This document shows, piece after piece, positions 26,379 through 36,304 of a stretch of DNA of 64,000 nucleotides. The DNA is taken from positions 5,905 to 69,904 of the forward strand of contig CAZDSX010000002.1 in assembly GCA_964508305.1 (NCBI GenBank). The letters run 5' to 3'. The notes below the pieces were generated by a model, which was not told where the DNA came from, searched no databases, and saw nothing but the letters and a program-made list of their open reading frames with translations. This DNA comes from an uncultured Bacteriovorax sp. Its GTDB lineage: Bacteria > Bdellovibrionota > UBA1018. How positions within the stretch are numbered: position 1 is the first letter of the stretch; each line of letters opens with the position of its first letter. A program made the position numbers and the translations under genes.

Positions 26379-27188
26379 ATGAAAAAGCTCGCCCTGCTTG
26401 CACTGCTACCGGCAGTCGCCCACGCCTACATTCCACCCTCGGAGTACATCTCGCGCACGATGGCGCAGAAGCGCCAGTCCCTCAAGTCGGCCAAGATCCG
26501 CGGCGTGGTACTCGGACTGAACAACGAAGGCGCACTCACCGGGGCCCGCTTCATCGAGGAGACCGTCTATGACGGATTGACCGGCACGGTGAGGAGCTTT
26601 GCACTCGACGAGCAGAACACCGAACTCTACCGAATGGAGCGCTCGATCCACAAGGAGGGTGCGACCAAGGATAGTGCCACCCTCGTTTCCTCCGTGCTCT
26701 TCGAGACCAAGCCCATGCTGCTGCTGACGGAGTTCAAGCGCTGGGACATTCCCGTCAAGACCGAGGATGACTTCGCAAAGATCCAGGATGAGGCCGAGCG
26801 CCGAAATGCCGAGAAGACTTTCTTCGGCAGGCAGAAGCTACCAGGCGGACTCCAAGTTTCATGGGTGATCGGTGATCCCAAGGGCAACCAGCTCTGGATC
26901 GAAAAGGATACCTTCCTTCCGGTCAAGATCCTGCTCACCGGGAGCGAGAAGACCGAAGTCAATTTCGACAATTTCCGTGTCACGCGCGAAGTCCCGTTTC
27001 CCAGGGTCCTGTCGGTGACCTCCGAGAAGGAGCTCGTCTTTCGCGAGGAGATCCAGGACGTGACGATCAACCCCACGGATCTTTCGGATTCACGAAAGGC
27101 AGCGGGCCTTGGGTTTACCGAAGCCGGAAACGCCGTGGACTCTGAAGTCCGCGACCTCATCCGCAAGTACTACAAGCTCGTCAGATGA
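26379..27188 (+). CDS. Hypothetical secreted protein
   Basis: Signal peptide MKKLALLALLPAVAHA with GGGAG SD upstream. 269 aa. Confidence 0.55.
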   Translation: MKKLALLALLPAVAHAYIPPSEYISRTMAQKRQSLKSAKIRGVVLGLNNEGALTGARFIEETVYDGLTGTVRSFALDEQNTELYRMERSIHKEGATKDSATLVSSVLFETKPMLLLTEFKRWDIPVKTEDDFAKIQDEAERRNAEKTFFGRQKLPGGLQVSWVIGDPKGNQLWIEKDTFLPVKILLTGSEKTEVNFDNFRVTREVPFPRVLSVTSEKELVFREEIQDVTINPTDLSDSRKAAGLGFTEAGNAVDSEVRDLIRKYYKLVR

Positions 27189-29197
27189 GTCGCCTGATCC
27201 AGGTCGCCGTTCCACGGCCGCTGGACCTGGCCTTCACCTACCTGGTGGAGGATGAAGCTTCGAGCCGTGTCGGCCCGGGCTCCTGGGTGATCGTCCCGTT
27301 TGGCAGGGGCAGGACCCATGCGTTCGTGACCACGAACCCTGTCCCGATCTCCGAGATCCCGGCGGGACTCGAACTCGACAAGATCAAGTCCGTGATCGAG
27401 ATCGGGGACCCCGCCTCTGCAATGCCCGCGGATGTCTTTGAGCTCTGCCGATGGGCGCACGAATATTATCATGCTCCCTTGGGAGAAGTTCTCAATGCCG
27501 CCATGCCCGCTTCGGCGCTGGGCCTGCGAAGTGCTCGCCGTGAGGCCAGGGCGATCAAGCCCGCCGAAAAAGGCGAGCCAAGCCTGAATTCACTCACGCC
27601 GCTCCAGCAGTCCGTGCTGGCGGAGATCCAGTCCGCCGATCCGGCGCGCCCGATGCTGCTCCATGGAGTCACGGGAAGCGGAAAGACCGAAGTCTACCTC
27701 CACCTCGCTCGCGAGGCGCTCGATGCCGGGAAGTCCGTGTTGATCCTCGCTCCCGAAATCGCGCTCACTCCCCAGCTCCATGATCGCTTTGAAAAGGCCC
27801 TCGGCGTGAAGGTGGGGCTCTGGCACTCGGCCCTTGCCGATGGACAGAGGCGCGACCAGACGGCGGCGCTCCTCTCGGGTGAGCTTCGGGTCGTGGTGGG
27901 TGCGCGCTCTGCGGTGTTCTGTCCGCTTCGGGACCTGGGCCTGATCGTGGTGGATGAAGAGCATGACCCGACCTACAAGCAGGAGGATCGTGTCCGTTAC
28001 CACGCCCGGGATCTTGCCGTGGTGCGCGCACGGAATACGCGTGCCAGGATCGTGCTGGGTTCGGCGACCCCCAGCCTCGACACGCTCGAGAGGGTTCGCG
28101 AAGGAAAATACTCGATCACCCGGCTTCCCGAACGGATTCGCGAGCGCCCCCTTCCCGAAATCCGGATCGTGGACCTGGCCGAGGAGCCTCGCATTGAGGG
28201 CATCCAGGCACCCCTTGCCGAAAGCACGCTTGGGGCAATCCGTGAGACGCTCGCTGCTGGCCACCAGGTCATGGTGTTCCTCAACCGCCGAGGGTTTGCG
28301 GCGTTCCTGCTTTGCCAGGAGTGTTCCGAAGTCTCGGGCTGTCCTCACTGCTCGATTTCGCTCACGGTGCATCGGAGGCCGGCGGAGCTCAGGTGCCATG
28401 TCTGCGGCCACAAGGAGCGGATTCCAGATGCCTGTCCCAAGTGCCAGGGTATCGAACTGGTTTCGATTGGTGCCGGGACGGAGAGCCTCGAGGAAGAGCT
28501 TCCCGTGCTCCTTCCCGAAGCAAGGATCCTCCGCCTGGATCGGGACCAGATCACCAGCGCGACGCGACTCTCGGAGGCACTCGAAACTTTCAGGCGCGGT
28601 GAGGCGAACCTCATGCTCGGGACCCAGATGCTGGTCAAGGGCCATGACTTTCCCAATGTCACGCTCGTGGTGGTGGTGCTTGCCGATGCGCTTTTTCGCT
28701 TTCCCGATTTCAGGGCTTCCGAGCGCGCACTCCAGATCCTGACCCAGGTGTCCGGACGCGCAGGCCGTGGAGAGTTTCCCGGAAGGGTCCTTGTCCAGAC
28801 CTACTCACCGGAACACCCCGTCCTGGATGTGCTCCAGGGCAGGCGGACCACCGAGGACTTCCTTGAAGAGGAACGGGCGCTTCGCGAAACGCTTCGATAT
28901 CCCCCGGCCGGGCGCATTGCACGCATCCGGATCGAGAGCACGGATGCATCCGAGGCCCGAATCCGTTCCCAGGAGCTTGCGCGCGAAATCCAGAGACTCT
29001 GCCCCGGTCCCGAGCTCGAGCTCCTGGGTCCCAGCGAGGCATTTCTGGAAAAGGCCAAGGGGATCTTTCGCTGGGACATGCTCCTTCGCTCGAAGAGCCT
29101 GAGGCCCCTGCACCAGGCCCTGCTCCATGCCCGCGCCCATGCCCGCCCACGCAAGTGGCAGCTGCTTGTGGACGTGGATCCATCGGGAGTAGGATAG
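27185..29197 (+). CDS. priA: Primosomal protein N' (replication restart helicase PriA)
   Basis: Walker A GVTGSGKT, DEAH-box-like DEEH, Cys-rich zinc-binding region (CQECSEV..CPHC..CHVCG..CPKC). Confidence 0.9.
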   Translation: MSRLIQVAVPRPLDLAFTYLVEDEASSRVGPGSWVIVPFGRGRTHAFVTTNPVPISEIPAGLELDKIKSVIEIGDPASAMPADVFELCRWAHEYYHAPLGEVLNAAMPASALGLRSARREARAIKPAEKGEPSLNSLTPLQQSVLAEIQSADPARPMLLHGVTGSGKTEVYLHLAREALDAGKSVLILAPEIALTPQLHDRFEKALGVKVGLWHSALADGQRRDQTAALLSGELRVVVGARSAVFCPLRDLGLIVVDEEHDPTYKQEDRVRYHARDLAVVRARNTRARIVLGSATPSLDTLERVREGKYSITRLPERIRERPLPEIRIVDLAEEPRIEGIQAPLAESTLGAIRETLAAGHQVMVFLNRRGFAAFLLCQECSEVSGCPHCSISLTVHRRPAELRCHVCGHKERIPDACPKCQGIELVSIGAGTESLEEELPVLLPEARILRLDRDQITSATRLSEALETFRRGEANLMLGTQMLVKGHDFPNVTLVVVVLADALFRFPDFRASERALQILTQVSGRAGRGEFPGRVLVQTYSPEHPVLDVLQGRRTTEDFLEEERALRETLRYPPAGRIARIRIESTDASEARIRSQELAREIQRLCPGPELELLGPSEAFLEKAKGIFRWDMLLRSKSLRPLHQALLHARAHARPRKWQLLVDVDPSGVG

Positions 29198-29204
29198 GAC
29201 TGGG

Positions 29205-29954
29205 ATGTCAGACAAAAAGAACACTGGAGAGCCCGGGCAAAGCAAACGCGAAGTCGTCAGCTCCCGCATGCGCGCCAAGATCGAGAAGGAACTCGCCCAG
29301 AAGGAGGCCGAGCGCAAGCGTGAGAACCTGCGAAAGCGCCTCGAGGTGGTCCGCGGTGGAGTCGACAACCTGACTGCCGAGTCTTATGGAGAAGCGACCA
29401 AGTCATTCCTGACCTATTTGCGCCTGCTCGAGATGTCCAAGGGAGTGTCTCCCAAGGGGCTCCATCCGTCACAGTTCGATGCCAAGCAGGAGCTGCCGGA
29501 GCTCGTGCTGGTGACGGGGATCTATTGGGATCTTGCGCGCACTTTTGATCGCCTCAAGTCCAACAAGCGCCAGCGCGAGCATGCGCATTATCTTGAACAG
29601 TTTGTCGTCTTTGCGCGCAATGCCCAGCACAAGCCGCTTTGTGCCGAGACGCTGCGAAAGTACCTGGCTGCCGACAAGGCCGTGCACCGCGCGGACTTCA
29701 AGGCGGCCTACAAGCAGCTGGGCGGCAACACCTGCTTTGTCGCAAGCTCGCTCCTCGATCTCTCGGATCCGGAGACGCTTCCGCGGTTGACCCGCTTCAG
29801 GGACGAGAGACTCGTGCTGACGGGCCCGGGTCGCTGGTTCATCCGCAAGTATGAGTGGATGGCGCCGGTGGTGTCGGGTTGGCTCGATCGCTCACCGCGA
29901 GTGCTGCGCCGGATGGCAGCCTTTGTGGTCGATTTTGTTGCGCGCCTTACTTGA
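29205..29954 (+). CDS. Hypothetical protein (charged N-terminal coiled-coil region)
   Basis: 249 aa, AGGA SD 8 nt upstream. No recognised domain. Confidence 0.5.
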   Translation: MSDKKNTGEPGQSKREVVSSRMRAKIEKELAQKEAERKRENLRKRLEVVRGGVDNLTAESYGEATKSFLTYLRLLEMSKGVSPKGLHPSQFDAKQELPELVLVTGIYWDLARTFDRLKSNKRQREHAHYLEQFVVFARNAQHKPLCAETLRKYLAADKAVHRADFKAAYKQLGGNTCFVASSLLDLSDPETLPRLTRFRDERLVLTGPGRWFIRKYEWMAPVVSGWLDRSPRVLRRMAAFVVDFVARLT

Positions 29955-30705
29955 ACAGCGTGCCGATGCGATTGGGGCGGAAGGTGAATTCCTTGTCCTG
30001 GAGGTCGAACCAGATCGAGAGCCAGATCACCATGGCCTTGCCCTTGACGTTCTTGAGGGGAACCGTGCCCCAGAAGCGCGAGTCATTGGAGAAGTCCCGG
30101 TTGTCGCCCATCACAAAGACATGGCCTTCGGGGACCGTCTCAGGGGCGTGGTTTTCGGTCGTGTAGTTGTTCCTGTCCGTCAGGACGATCGGATTGCCCG
30201 CATCCATGCGTTCCTGCCACGCCTCAAGCGAGCTCAGCGTGTACTTGTTGGGGTCCAGGACCGAGAGCACCTTGTCGGCCTGGGTCGGGTCGACAGGCTC
30301 ATGCGGGATCGGCTTGCCGTTGAGGTAGACGACCTTGTTGCGGACTTCGACCGTGTCACCGGCCACGGCAACCACGCGCTTGATGTAGTGGAGGCTTTCG
30401 TCCTTCGGGTAGAGGAATACGATGATGTCGCCGCGGTGCGGGGCCTCGCGCTTGATCAATGTCACCGGACCGCTGGGCAGCCACTCCGAAAAAGGCAGGC
30501 GGAATCCGTAGGCGAACTTGTTGACGAAGATGTGGTCACCCACGAGGAGGGTGGGAATCATGGATCCGGAAGGGATCTTGAATGCCTCGACCACGCTTGA
30601 GCGGATCATGAACACAAGGAACAGCGCCGTTCCGAGCGAGATGAGGTTCTCGATCAGCCATTGCTTGCGGCTGGTTGCTGGCGTGGCCTGGGAAGTCTCT
30701 GACAT
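29947..30705 (-). CDS. lepB: Signal peptidase I
   Basis: S26 motifs SGSMIPTL, GDHIFVNKF, GDNRDFSNDSRFWG. Confidence 0.85.
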   Translation of the reverse strand: MSETSQATPATSRKQWLIENLISLGTALFLVFMIRSSVVEAFKIPSGSMIPTLLVGDHIFVNKFAYGFRLPFSEWLPSGPVTLIKREAPHRGDIIVFLYPKDESLHYIKRVVAVAGDTVEVRNKVVYLNGKPIPHEPVDPTQADKVLSVLDPNKYTLSSLEAWQERMDAGNPIVLTDRNNYTTENHAPETVPEGHVFVMGDNRDFSNDSRFWGTVPLKNVKGKAMVIWLSIWFDLQDKEFTFRPNRIGTLFK

Positions 30706-30766
30706 CGTGGACTTGGACTTAACCCAAGCTCGCCGGGAATGTCCATTTAATGGTAGTCTGGGGGGC

Positions 30767-31843
30767 GTGAGGACGCTCGAGCGTTACCTGTCAGCTGCGT
30801 TTCTGCGCAACTTCCTGCCCGCGTGGCTCGGGCTGGTCGTGCTTTTTTACACGCAGGCGATGATTGCCGAGCTGCTGGAGCAGCCCTACCCGGCGTCCCA
30901 GATCCTGTTCAGGGGGCTGCTGGGACTTCCCCAGATTTTCCTTCAGATGGCGCCGCCGGCCGTGCTGGCGGGCACGGTCATGACGCTGGCGGGGCTGGGT
31001 CGTACCGGCGAGCTCACGGGCCTGCTTTCGGTTGGCTTCGGACGGCCACGAATGGTCATGACGCTTTCCGGCGTGGTGCTGCTCATCAGCCTGCTGCTGC
31101 TTGGCTTTCAGGATCGTCTCGCACCGCTTTTTGTCCGCAAGCGCACGGCCTACACCTGGCAGGTCATGAAGAAGCGCCCCGATTTCTTCCTCGACTTCAA
31201 GAAGGACAAGATCTGGTATCGCTCGCGCAACCTGATCTTCAACCTTCGGTCATTTGATGCCGCCAAGAACACCATTTACGGAATGTCGGTTTACACGCTG
31301 GATGAACAGTTTCGGCTGGTGCAGCTGCTCGATGCGGCGCGCGGGGTTTTTACGCGCGATGGCTGGAAGCTGATCGATGGGACTGTGACCGTCTTTGATT
31401 CGGAGCGGACCTTTCCATTTTCCCAGAAGTTCGACACCAAGGACCTCTCCATCTCCGAGACGCCCATGGACTTCCAGGAGATCGAGCGTGAGGTGGATAC
31501 GCTCAGGCTCGTGGATCACTGGCGTTACATCCAGCGATCATCTTCCGCCGGAGTCAACACCAAGGCCTTCGAAGTTGCCTTCCATGCCCGGATCGCCAAC
31601 TGCTTCATCCCGATTGTCATGTGCCTTTTGGGCGTGCCGTTTGCCCTCCGCGGACAGCGCTCCGGAGGGGTGGGCAGGGACCTGGGGGTCGCGCTTGGGG
31701 TGACCTTTTTCTACTGGCTCTTCTATTCCGTGGGTCTCTCGCTCGGAAAGAACGGGACCGTGGTCCCGTGGCTTGCCGCCTGGTTTCCCAGCATGGTGTT
31801 TCTCGCATTGGCAGTGGTCCTGATTCGTCGTAAGCCTGCCTGA
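30767..31843 (+). CDS. LptF/LptG-family (YjgP/YjgQ) lipopolysaccharide export permease
   Basis: Starts VRTLERYLSAAFLRNF, typical of LptF/G. GTG start at 30767 preceded by GGGGGG, which avoids the overlap with lepB implied by the longer ORF 30518..31843. Confidence 0.7.
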   Translation: MRTLERYLSAAFLRNFLPAWLGLVVLFYTQAMIAELLEQPYPASQILFRGLLGLPQIFLQMAPPAVLAGTVMTLAGLGRTGELTGLLSVGFGRPRMVMTLSGVVLLISLLLLGFQDRLAPLFVRKRTAYTWQVMKKRPDFFLDFKKDKIWYRSRNLIFNLRSFDAAKNTIYGMSVYTLDEQFRLVQLLDAARGVFTRDGWKLIDGTVTVFDSERTFPFSQKFDTKDLSISETPMDFQEIEREVDTLRLVDHWRYIQRSSSAGVNTKAFEVAFHARIANCFIPIVMCLLGVPFALRGQRSGGVGRDLGVALGVTFFYWLFYSVGLSLGKNGTVVPWLAAWFPSMVFLALAVVLIRRKPA

Positions 31844-31845
31844 GC

Positions 31846-32484
31846 ATGGCCAAGCTCAAGATCTATACCTTCCCGGACCAGGTCCTTTCGCAAAAGGCGC
31901 TCCCCATTGCCCGGGTTGAAAAGCACTACCGGAAGCTTGCCGATGACATGCTCGAGACCATGTACGACGCGCCCGGAATCGGACTCGCTGCCAACCAGAT
32001 CGGACTGCTGGAGCGCATCGTGGTCGTTGATACCGATTATGAGTTTCATGAGCTGGAAGAAGGCCAGACTCCGCCCGAGGGGGCAGAGGTGGTGGCCGAT
32101 GGCTTTGTCACCGGAAAAAAGCCCATCGTCCTGATCAATCCCGAGATCGTGAAGCGCGAGGGCAAGATCCTCTTCAAGGAGGGGTGCCTTTCCGTTCCCG
32201 AGTACACGGCCGAAGTCGAGCGCGCGCAGAAAATCCAGGTTCGCTACCAGGATCTCGATGGCCTTTCGCGCACGCTGGATGCCGAAGAGCTTTTTTCAGT
32301 CTGCATCCAGCACGAGATGGATCACCTCGATGGAAAGCTCTTTATCGACCGCTTGAGCCCGATCAAGAAGCAGCTCGCCAAGAAGCGACTCCTCGCCGAG
32401 CGCGCGGAGCGCGAAGCTCGGGGCGATACGGGCCCGGGTTCGGATCTCTTTGACATGGGTTCCAAAGAGGCTTCGAAGAAGTGA
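31846..32484 (+). CDS. def: Peptide deformylase
   Basis: GIGLAANQIG, EGCLSVP and HEMDHLDG motifs, with an internal insertion and a charged C-terminal tail. Confidence 0.9.
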   Translation: MAKLKIYTFPDQVLSQKALPIARVEKHYRKLADDMLETMYDAPGIGLAANQIGLLERIVVVDTDYEFHELEEGQTPPEGAEVVADGFVTGKKPIVLINPEIVKREGKILFKEGCLSVPEYTAEVERAQKIQVRYQDLDGLSRTLDAEELFSVCIQHEMDHLDGKLFIDRLSPIKKQLAKKRLLAERAEREARGDTGPGSDLFDMGSKEASKK

Positions 32485-33437
32485 TGAAACTCCGTGCCGT
32501 GTTCATGGGCACGCCGGACTTTGCCGTTCCGGCGCTCGAGGCCCTCGAAAAAACCTGCGAGGTCGCAGCGGTGTATTGCCAGCCCGACCGGCCGGTGGGG
32601 CGTGGAATGGAACTCAAGCTGCCTCCCGTGAAGGTGCGCGCCCTCGAGCTCGGGCTTCCCGTCTTCCAGCCCGAGAAGCTCTCGCTTCCTGGCGAGTTCG
32701 AGAGGCTTGCAGCACTCAAGCCGGATGTCATTGCGGTCGTCGCCTTTGGCCAGATCCTCAGGCAAAATGTGCTGGATCTTCCGAGGCTCGGCTGCGTGAA
32801 CGTGCACTCCTCGCTGCTTCCCCGTTGGCGGGGGGCTGCCCCCATCCAGTGGGCGATCCTGGCCGGCGATCACGAGACCGGGGTCTGCACGCAGAAGATG
32901 GTCTTCAAGCTCGACGCGGGGGATGTGCTGATGTGCGATCGTACGACGATCTCGGACCACGAGACCGGTCAGTCCCTCCATGACCGCCTGTCGCAGATGG
33001 GCGCGGGCTTGCTCGTTCGGACCATTGAGGGTCTTGCCTCGGGTGCTCTCAGGGGCGAGCCACAGGATGAATCCAGGGTGACGCTGGCCTCCAAGCTCAC
33101 CAAGGAAATGGAAAAGCTTGATCCTGCCAAGTCTGTCCGGGAGCTTGACTGCCAGGTGAGGGCGCTCACGCCCTGGCCGGGCACCAGCGTGTGGCTTTCG
33201 CCCTCCCGTGAGCGACTCAAGATCAAGCGGGTCCAGCCCCGCCCCGAGGTGACTTCCCGCCCCGGAAAGTTGTTTGAGGCGGCGGGCCGGCTGTTTTTGG
33301 GGGCTAGCGACGGTTGCCTGGAAGTCCTGGAGGTCCAGCCCGACGGGAAGCGCGCGCTTTCGGCCGCCGAGTATCTGAACGGGGTTCGCGGAAAGCTGGG
33401 GGCGGCTCCGTCTGCGCTGACCTGGGATCTTATTTAA
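32481..33437 (+). CDS. fmt: Methionyl-tRNA formyltransferase
   Basis: Formyl_trans_N and C domains (HSSLLPRWRGAAPIQWAI). Start overlaps the def stop. Confidence 0.9.
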   Translation: MMKLRAVFMGTPDFAVPALEALEKTCEVAAVYCQPDRPVGRGMELKLPPVKVRALELGLPVFQPEKLSLPGEFERLAALKPDVIAVVAFGQILRQNVLDLPRLGCVNVHSSLLPRWRGAAPIQWAILAGDHETGVCTQKMVFKLDAGDVLMCDRTTISDHETGQSLHDRLSQMGAGLLVRTIEGLASGALRGEPQDESRVTLASKLTKEMEKLDPAKSVRELDCQVRALTPWPGTSVWLSPSRERLKIKRVQPRPEVTSRPGKLFEAAGRLFLGASDGCLEVLEVQPDGKRALSAAEYLNGVRGKLGAAPSALTWDLI

Positions 33438-33467
33438 ACCAATAAAATCAATTATCTAGACTATATT

Positions 33468-33496
33468 TTGACTAATTTGGTCGGGCTTAATATAAC
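33468..33496 (+). promoter_or_regulatory. Sigma70-like promoter TTGACT-N17-TATAAC within an AT-rich island, positioned so the transcript starts at or near the ATG at 33504 (leaderless)
   Basis: The AT-rich 33438-33500 segment stands out in GC-rich DNA. -10 ends 8 nt before the ATG, with no SD. Confidence 0.35.
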
Positions 33497-33503
33497 GCGC
33501 CGC

Positions 33504-33983
33504 ATGAATAAAACCTTGTTGGCCCTCGCTGCGTGTCTGTTCTCCCTTTCGGCTTCCGCCGGATCCCCGCCCCCCCCCTTCCATGTGGACTTGGGTGAGT
33601 ACCTCCAGTCCGGCAACCGGGCGGGTTCGGACAAGTACTGGGCGTTTGTGAGCCAGGTTCGAAAGGACTTCGACAATATCTGCGGAGACACCTTCTGCGA
33701 AGGCGACATCCATAACTGGCAGGTCCTGAGCACGGACTGCTCCATCCAGGTGGGCACGGAGCGCGTTCGCGAGTGCCACATCGTGATGGCAGGCAGCGAG
33801 CAGGAGCTCAACCCGACCACCGGGTCCTACAGGCTGACGCGCAAGGAGCTCCTGGACTGCAAAATGGAAATGAACATGAGCCTCAAGGACTTCCTCAAAA
33901 TCGAGGGTCTTGAGACCGAGTACAAGAACGGGAAAGGCGAAACCACGACGCTCTACAATGGCCTTGTGGACTGCATTCCGTAA
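33504..33983 (+). CDS. Hypothetical secreted Cys-containing protein
   Basis: Signal peptide MNKTLLALAACLFSLSASAG. 8 Cys. Start is internal to ORF 33468..33983. Confidence 0.55.
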   Translation: MNKTLLALAACLFSLSASAGSPPPPFHVDLGEYLQSGNRAGSDKYWAFVSQVRKDFDNICGDTFCEGDIHNWQVLSTDCSIQVGTERVRECHIVMAGSEQELNPTTGSYRLTRKELLDCKMEMNMSLKDFLKIEGLETEYKNGKGETTTLYNGLVDCIP

Positions 33984-34027
33984 GCTTGCGGCCTGAATAC
34001 GGGTCGAGGTAGGGTGGGCGGCATCGC

Positions 34028-34717
34028 ATGATGTCCGCCCATTCTCATTTGACGCAGCACGCTTTGATCGCGCCGAGCCTCCTTTCGGCGGACTTTTCCC
34101 GCCTGCGCGAGGAGGTCGCCACGGTCGAAAAAGGCGGCGCCGACTGGCTGCATGTCGACGTGATGGACGGCCACTTTGTCCCCAATCTCACGGTAGGTCC
34201 GCTCGTCGTGGAGGCGATCAAACCCCACACGAAGCTCCCTCTCGATTGCCACCTCATGGTGAGCCGCCCCGAGGAATGGGTTGAGGGCTTTGCCAAGGCC
34301 GGTGCGTCGGTCATCACGGTCCATGCCGAGGCCACGAACCATCTGGATCGCCTTGTGGCCCGCGTGCGTGAACTGGGATGCAAGGCGGGAGTTTCGATCA
34401 ATCCAGCCACTCCGCTCTCGGTCATCGAAGAGATCCTTCCGGAGCTCGACCTTGTGCTCATCATGAGCGTGAATCCCGGTTTTGGCGGGCAGAAATTCAT
34501 CCAAAGCGCGATCTCCAAGGTCGAGCGGCTGAGCGAGATCCGCAGGCTGGGTGAGCTCGCATTCCTGATTGAGGTCGATGGCGGGGTCTCGGCAGCCAAT
34601 GCTTCCGAGCTCGTCCATGCAGGTTGCGATGTGCTGGTTGCAGGCTCGGCCGTTTTTGGAGCCAGGGATCGCGCCCAGGCAATCGCCGAACTCAAGAAGG
34701 CAGCATCGCGCAGCTAG
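34028..34717 (+). CDS. rpe: Ribulose-phosphate 3-epimerase
   Basis: IAPSLLSADFSRL, HVDVMDGHFVPNLT, and the C-terminal VDGGV motif. Confidence 0.9.
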   Translation: MMSAHSHLTQHALIAPSLLSADFSRLREEVATVEKGGADWLHVDVMDGHFVPNLTVGPLVVEAIKPHTKLPLDCHLMVSRPEEWVEGFAKAGASVITVHAEATNHLDRLVARVRELGCKAGVSINPATPLSVIEEILPELDLVLIMSVNPGFGGQKFIQSAISKVERLSEIRRLGELAFLIEVDGGVSAANASELVHAGCDVLVAGSAVFGARDRAQAIAELKKAASRS

Positions 34718-34741
34718 TTTTTGGTATTCGAGGTAACTCCC

Positions 34742-36304
34742 ATGGCAGGCAAGTCATCTTCGTCCACGCTCACGCTCGGCAGCAAGCCCCTGACACTCGA
34801 ACAGCTCCGTGAAGTGGCGGCCCATGGTCAAAGGGTCGCGCTGGGTCCGGATTCCAAGAAGCGCATCGAAAAAGCCCATCGATTCCTCCAAAAAAAGCTC
34901 GCCACCGGCCAGACTTTTTACGGGATCAATACGGGCTTTGGTCTCCTCTCCAATGTGAGGATTGATGGTGCTGATCTCGCGCAGCTCCAGGTGAACCTCA
35001 TCCGCTCGCATGCCGTCGGAGTTGGCAGTTACCTCCCTGATACGGCGGTTCGCGCGATGCTGCTCCTCCGTGCCTGGAATCTTTGCCAGGGTCACTCGGG
35101 GGTTGCCGTCGCCACCGTCGAGCAACTGATCGAATTTCTGAACCATGGAATCCACCCGCTCGTTCCCTCGCAGGGCTCGGTCGGAGCGAGTGGGGATCTT
35201 GCGCCCCTTTCGCACCTCGCGCTTCCGCTGATTGGCGAGGGCGCCGTGCGCATGCAGGGTAAAGTGATGGCGGCATCTCAGGCACTCTCTCTTGCCGGTC
35301 TCAAGCCGCTCGTGCTGGGACCCAAGGAAGGTTTGGCACTGATCAATGGAACGCAGTTCATGACGGCACTCGGTGCACTTGCGCTGCTCGAAGCCGAGCA
35401 TCTGGCTCGCGTGGCGGATGTGCTGGGTGCGATGACCGTTGAGGCGATCCGCGGGACCGAGACGGCCTTTGAGCCCGAGATCCATGCCGTGCGCCCGCAT
35501 CCGGGCCAGGTGCTGGTGGCTGCCAATATCCGCAAGGTGCTGCTCTCGAGCGGAGGCAAGCCCAAGAAGTCTGGCATTGCGCTCAGCCATGAAAACTGCG
35601 GCAAGGTGCAGGATCCGTATTCGCTCCGTTGCATGCCGCAGGTCCACGGCGCATCACGCGACACGCTCTCGTTTGTGAGGGGTGTGCTTGAGCGCGAGAT
35701 CAATGCCGTGACTGACAATCCCCTCTTGTTTCCAGATCAAGACAAGATCCTGAGCGGTGGGAACTTCCACGGCCAGATCGTCGCTATTGCGATGGATGCC
35801 CTGTCGATTGCGATGGCGGAGATTGCTTCGATCTCCGAGCAGCGCATGGAGAAACTCATCAATCCGGCACTTTCTGACCTGCCTGCCTTCCTGATCAAGA
35901 AGGGGGGGCTCAACTCGGGCTTCATGATCATCCAGGTCGCAGCCGCAAGCATCGTCTCGGAGAACAAGACGCTCTGCCATCCGGCATCTGTCGATTCGAT
36001 CCCGACTTCGGCAGACAAGGAAGACCACGTCAGCATGGGTGCCTGGGCCGCGCGCAAGGCCACGCAGGTGGTCGAGAATACTCGCAGGGTACTGGCCATG
36101 GAGGCCCTGAGTGCTGCGCAAGGCATTGATCTGCTTCGGCCGCTCAAGAGCTCGCGCGCACTGGAGTCCATGCACGCGCTCATCCGGCGTGAGGCGGCTT
36201 ACGCCGAAGTCGATCGATCGTACCACGAGGATCTCAAGCGGCTTGAGTGCATGCTGATCTCGCAGGATCTGGTTGAACTTTTGGAAAAGGAAGGTGTGGC
36301 ATGA
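34742..36304 (+). CDS. hutH: Histidine ammonia-lyase
   Basis: ASG MIO-forming triad ([14 protein letters not shown]), length ~520 aa. ATG at 34742 with GAGG SD, rather than the TTG at 34721. Confidence 0.9.
   Translation: MAGKSSSSTLTLGSKPLTLEQLREVAAHGQRVALGPDSKKRIEKAHRFLQKKLATGQTFYGINTGFGLLSNVRIDGADLAQLQVNLIRSHAVGVGSYLPDTAVRAMLLLRAWNLCQGHSGVAVATVEQLIEFLNHGIHPLVPSQGSVGASGDLAPLSHLALPLIGEGAVRMQGKVMAASQALSLAGLKPLVLGPKEGLALINGTQFMTALGALALLEAEHLARVADVLGAMTVEAIRGTETAFEPEIHAVRPHPGQVLVAANIRKVLLSSGGKPKKSGIALSHENCGKVQDPYSLRCMPQVHGASRDTLSFVRGVLEREINAVTDNPLLFPDQDKILSGGNFHGQIVAIAMDALSIAMAEIASISEQRMEKLINPALSDLPAFLIKKGGLNSGFMIIQVAAASIVSENKTLCHPASVDSIPTSADKEDHVSMGAWAARKATQVVENTRRVLAMEALSAAQGIDLLRPLKSSRALESMHALIRREAAYAEVDRSYHEDLKRLECMLISQDLVELLEKEGVA

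Noticed and set aside
27590-28645. 351-aa minus-strand ORF inside priA, and similar long antisense ORFs at 8144..8887, 21148..22020, 46740..47732 and 15114..15905
   Set aside because: All lie antisense to confidently identified genes and have the Arg/Gly/His/Asp bias of non-coding frames in GC-rich sequence.
30518-30766. N-terminal extension of the LptF/G-like ORF overlapping lepB on the opposite strand
   Set aside because: LptF/G proteins start at the ..LERYL.. motif. A GTG at 30767 with a G-rich SD gives a normal-length protein without the overlap.
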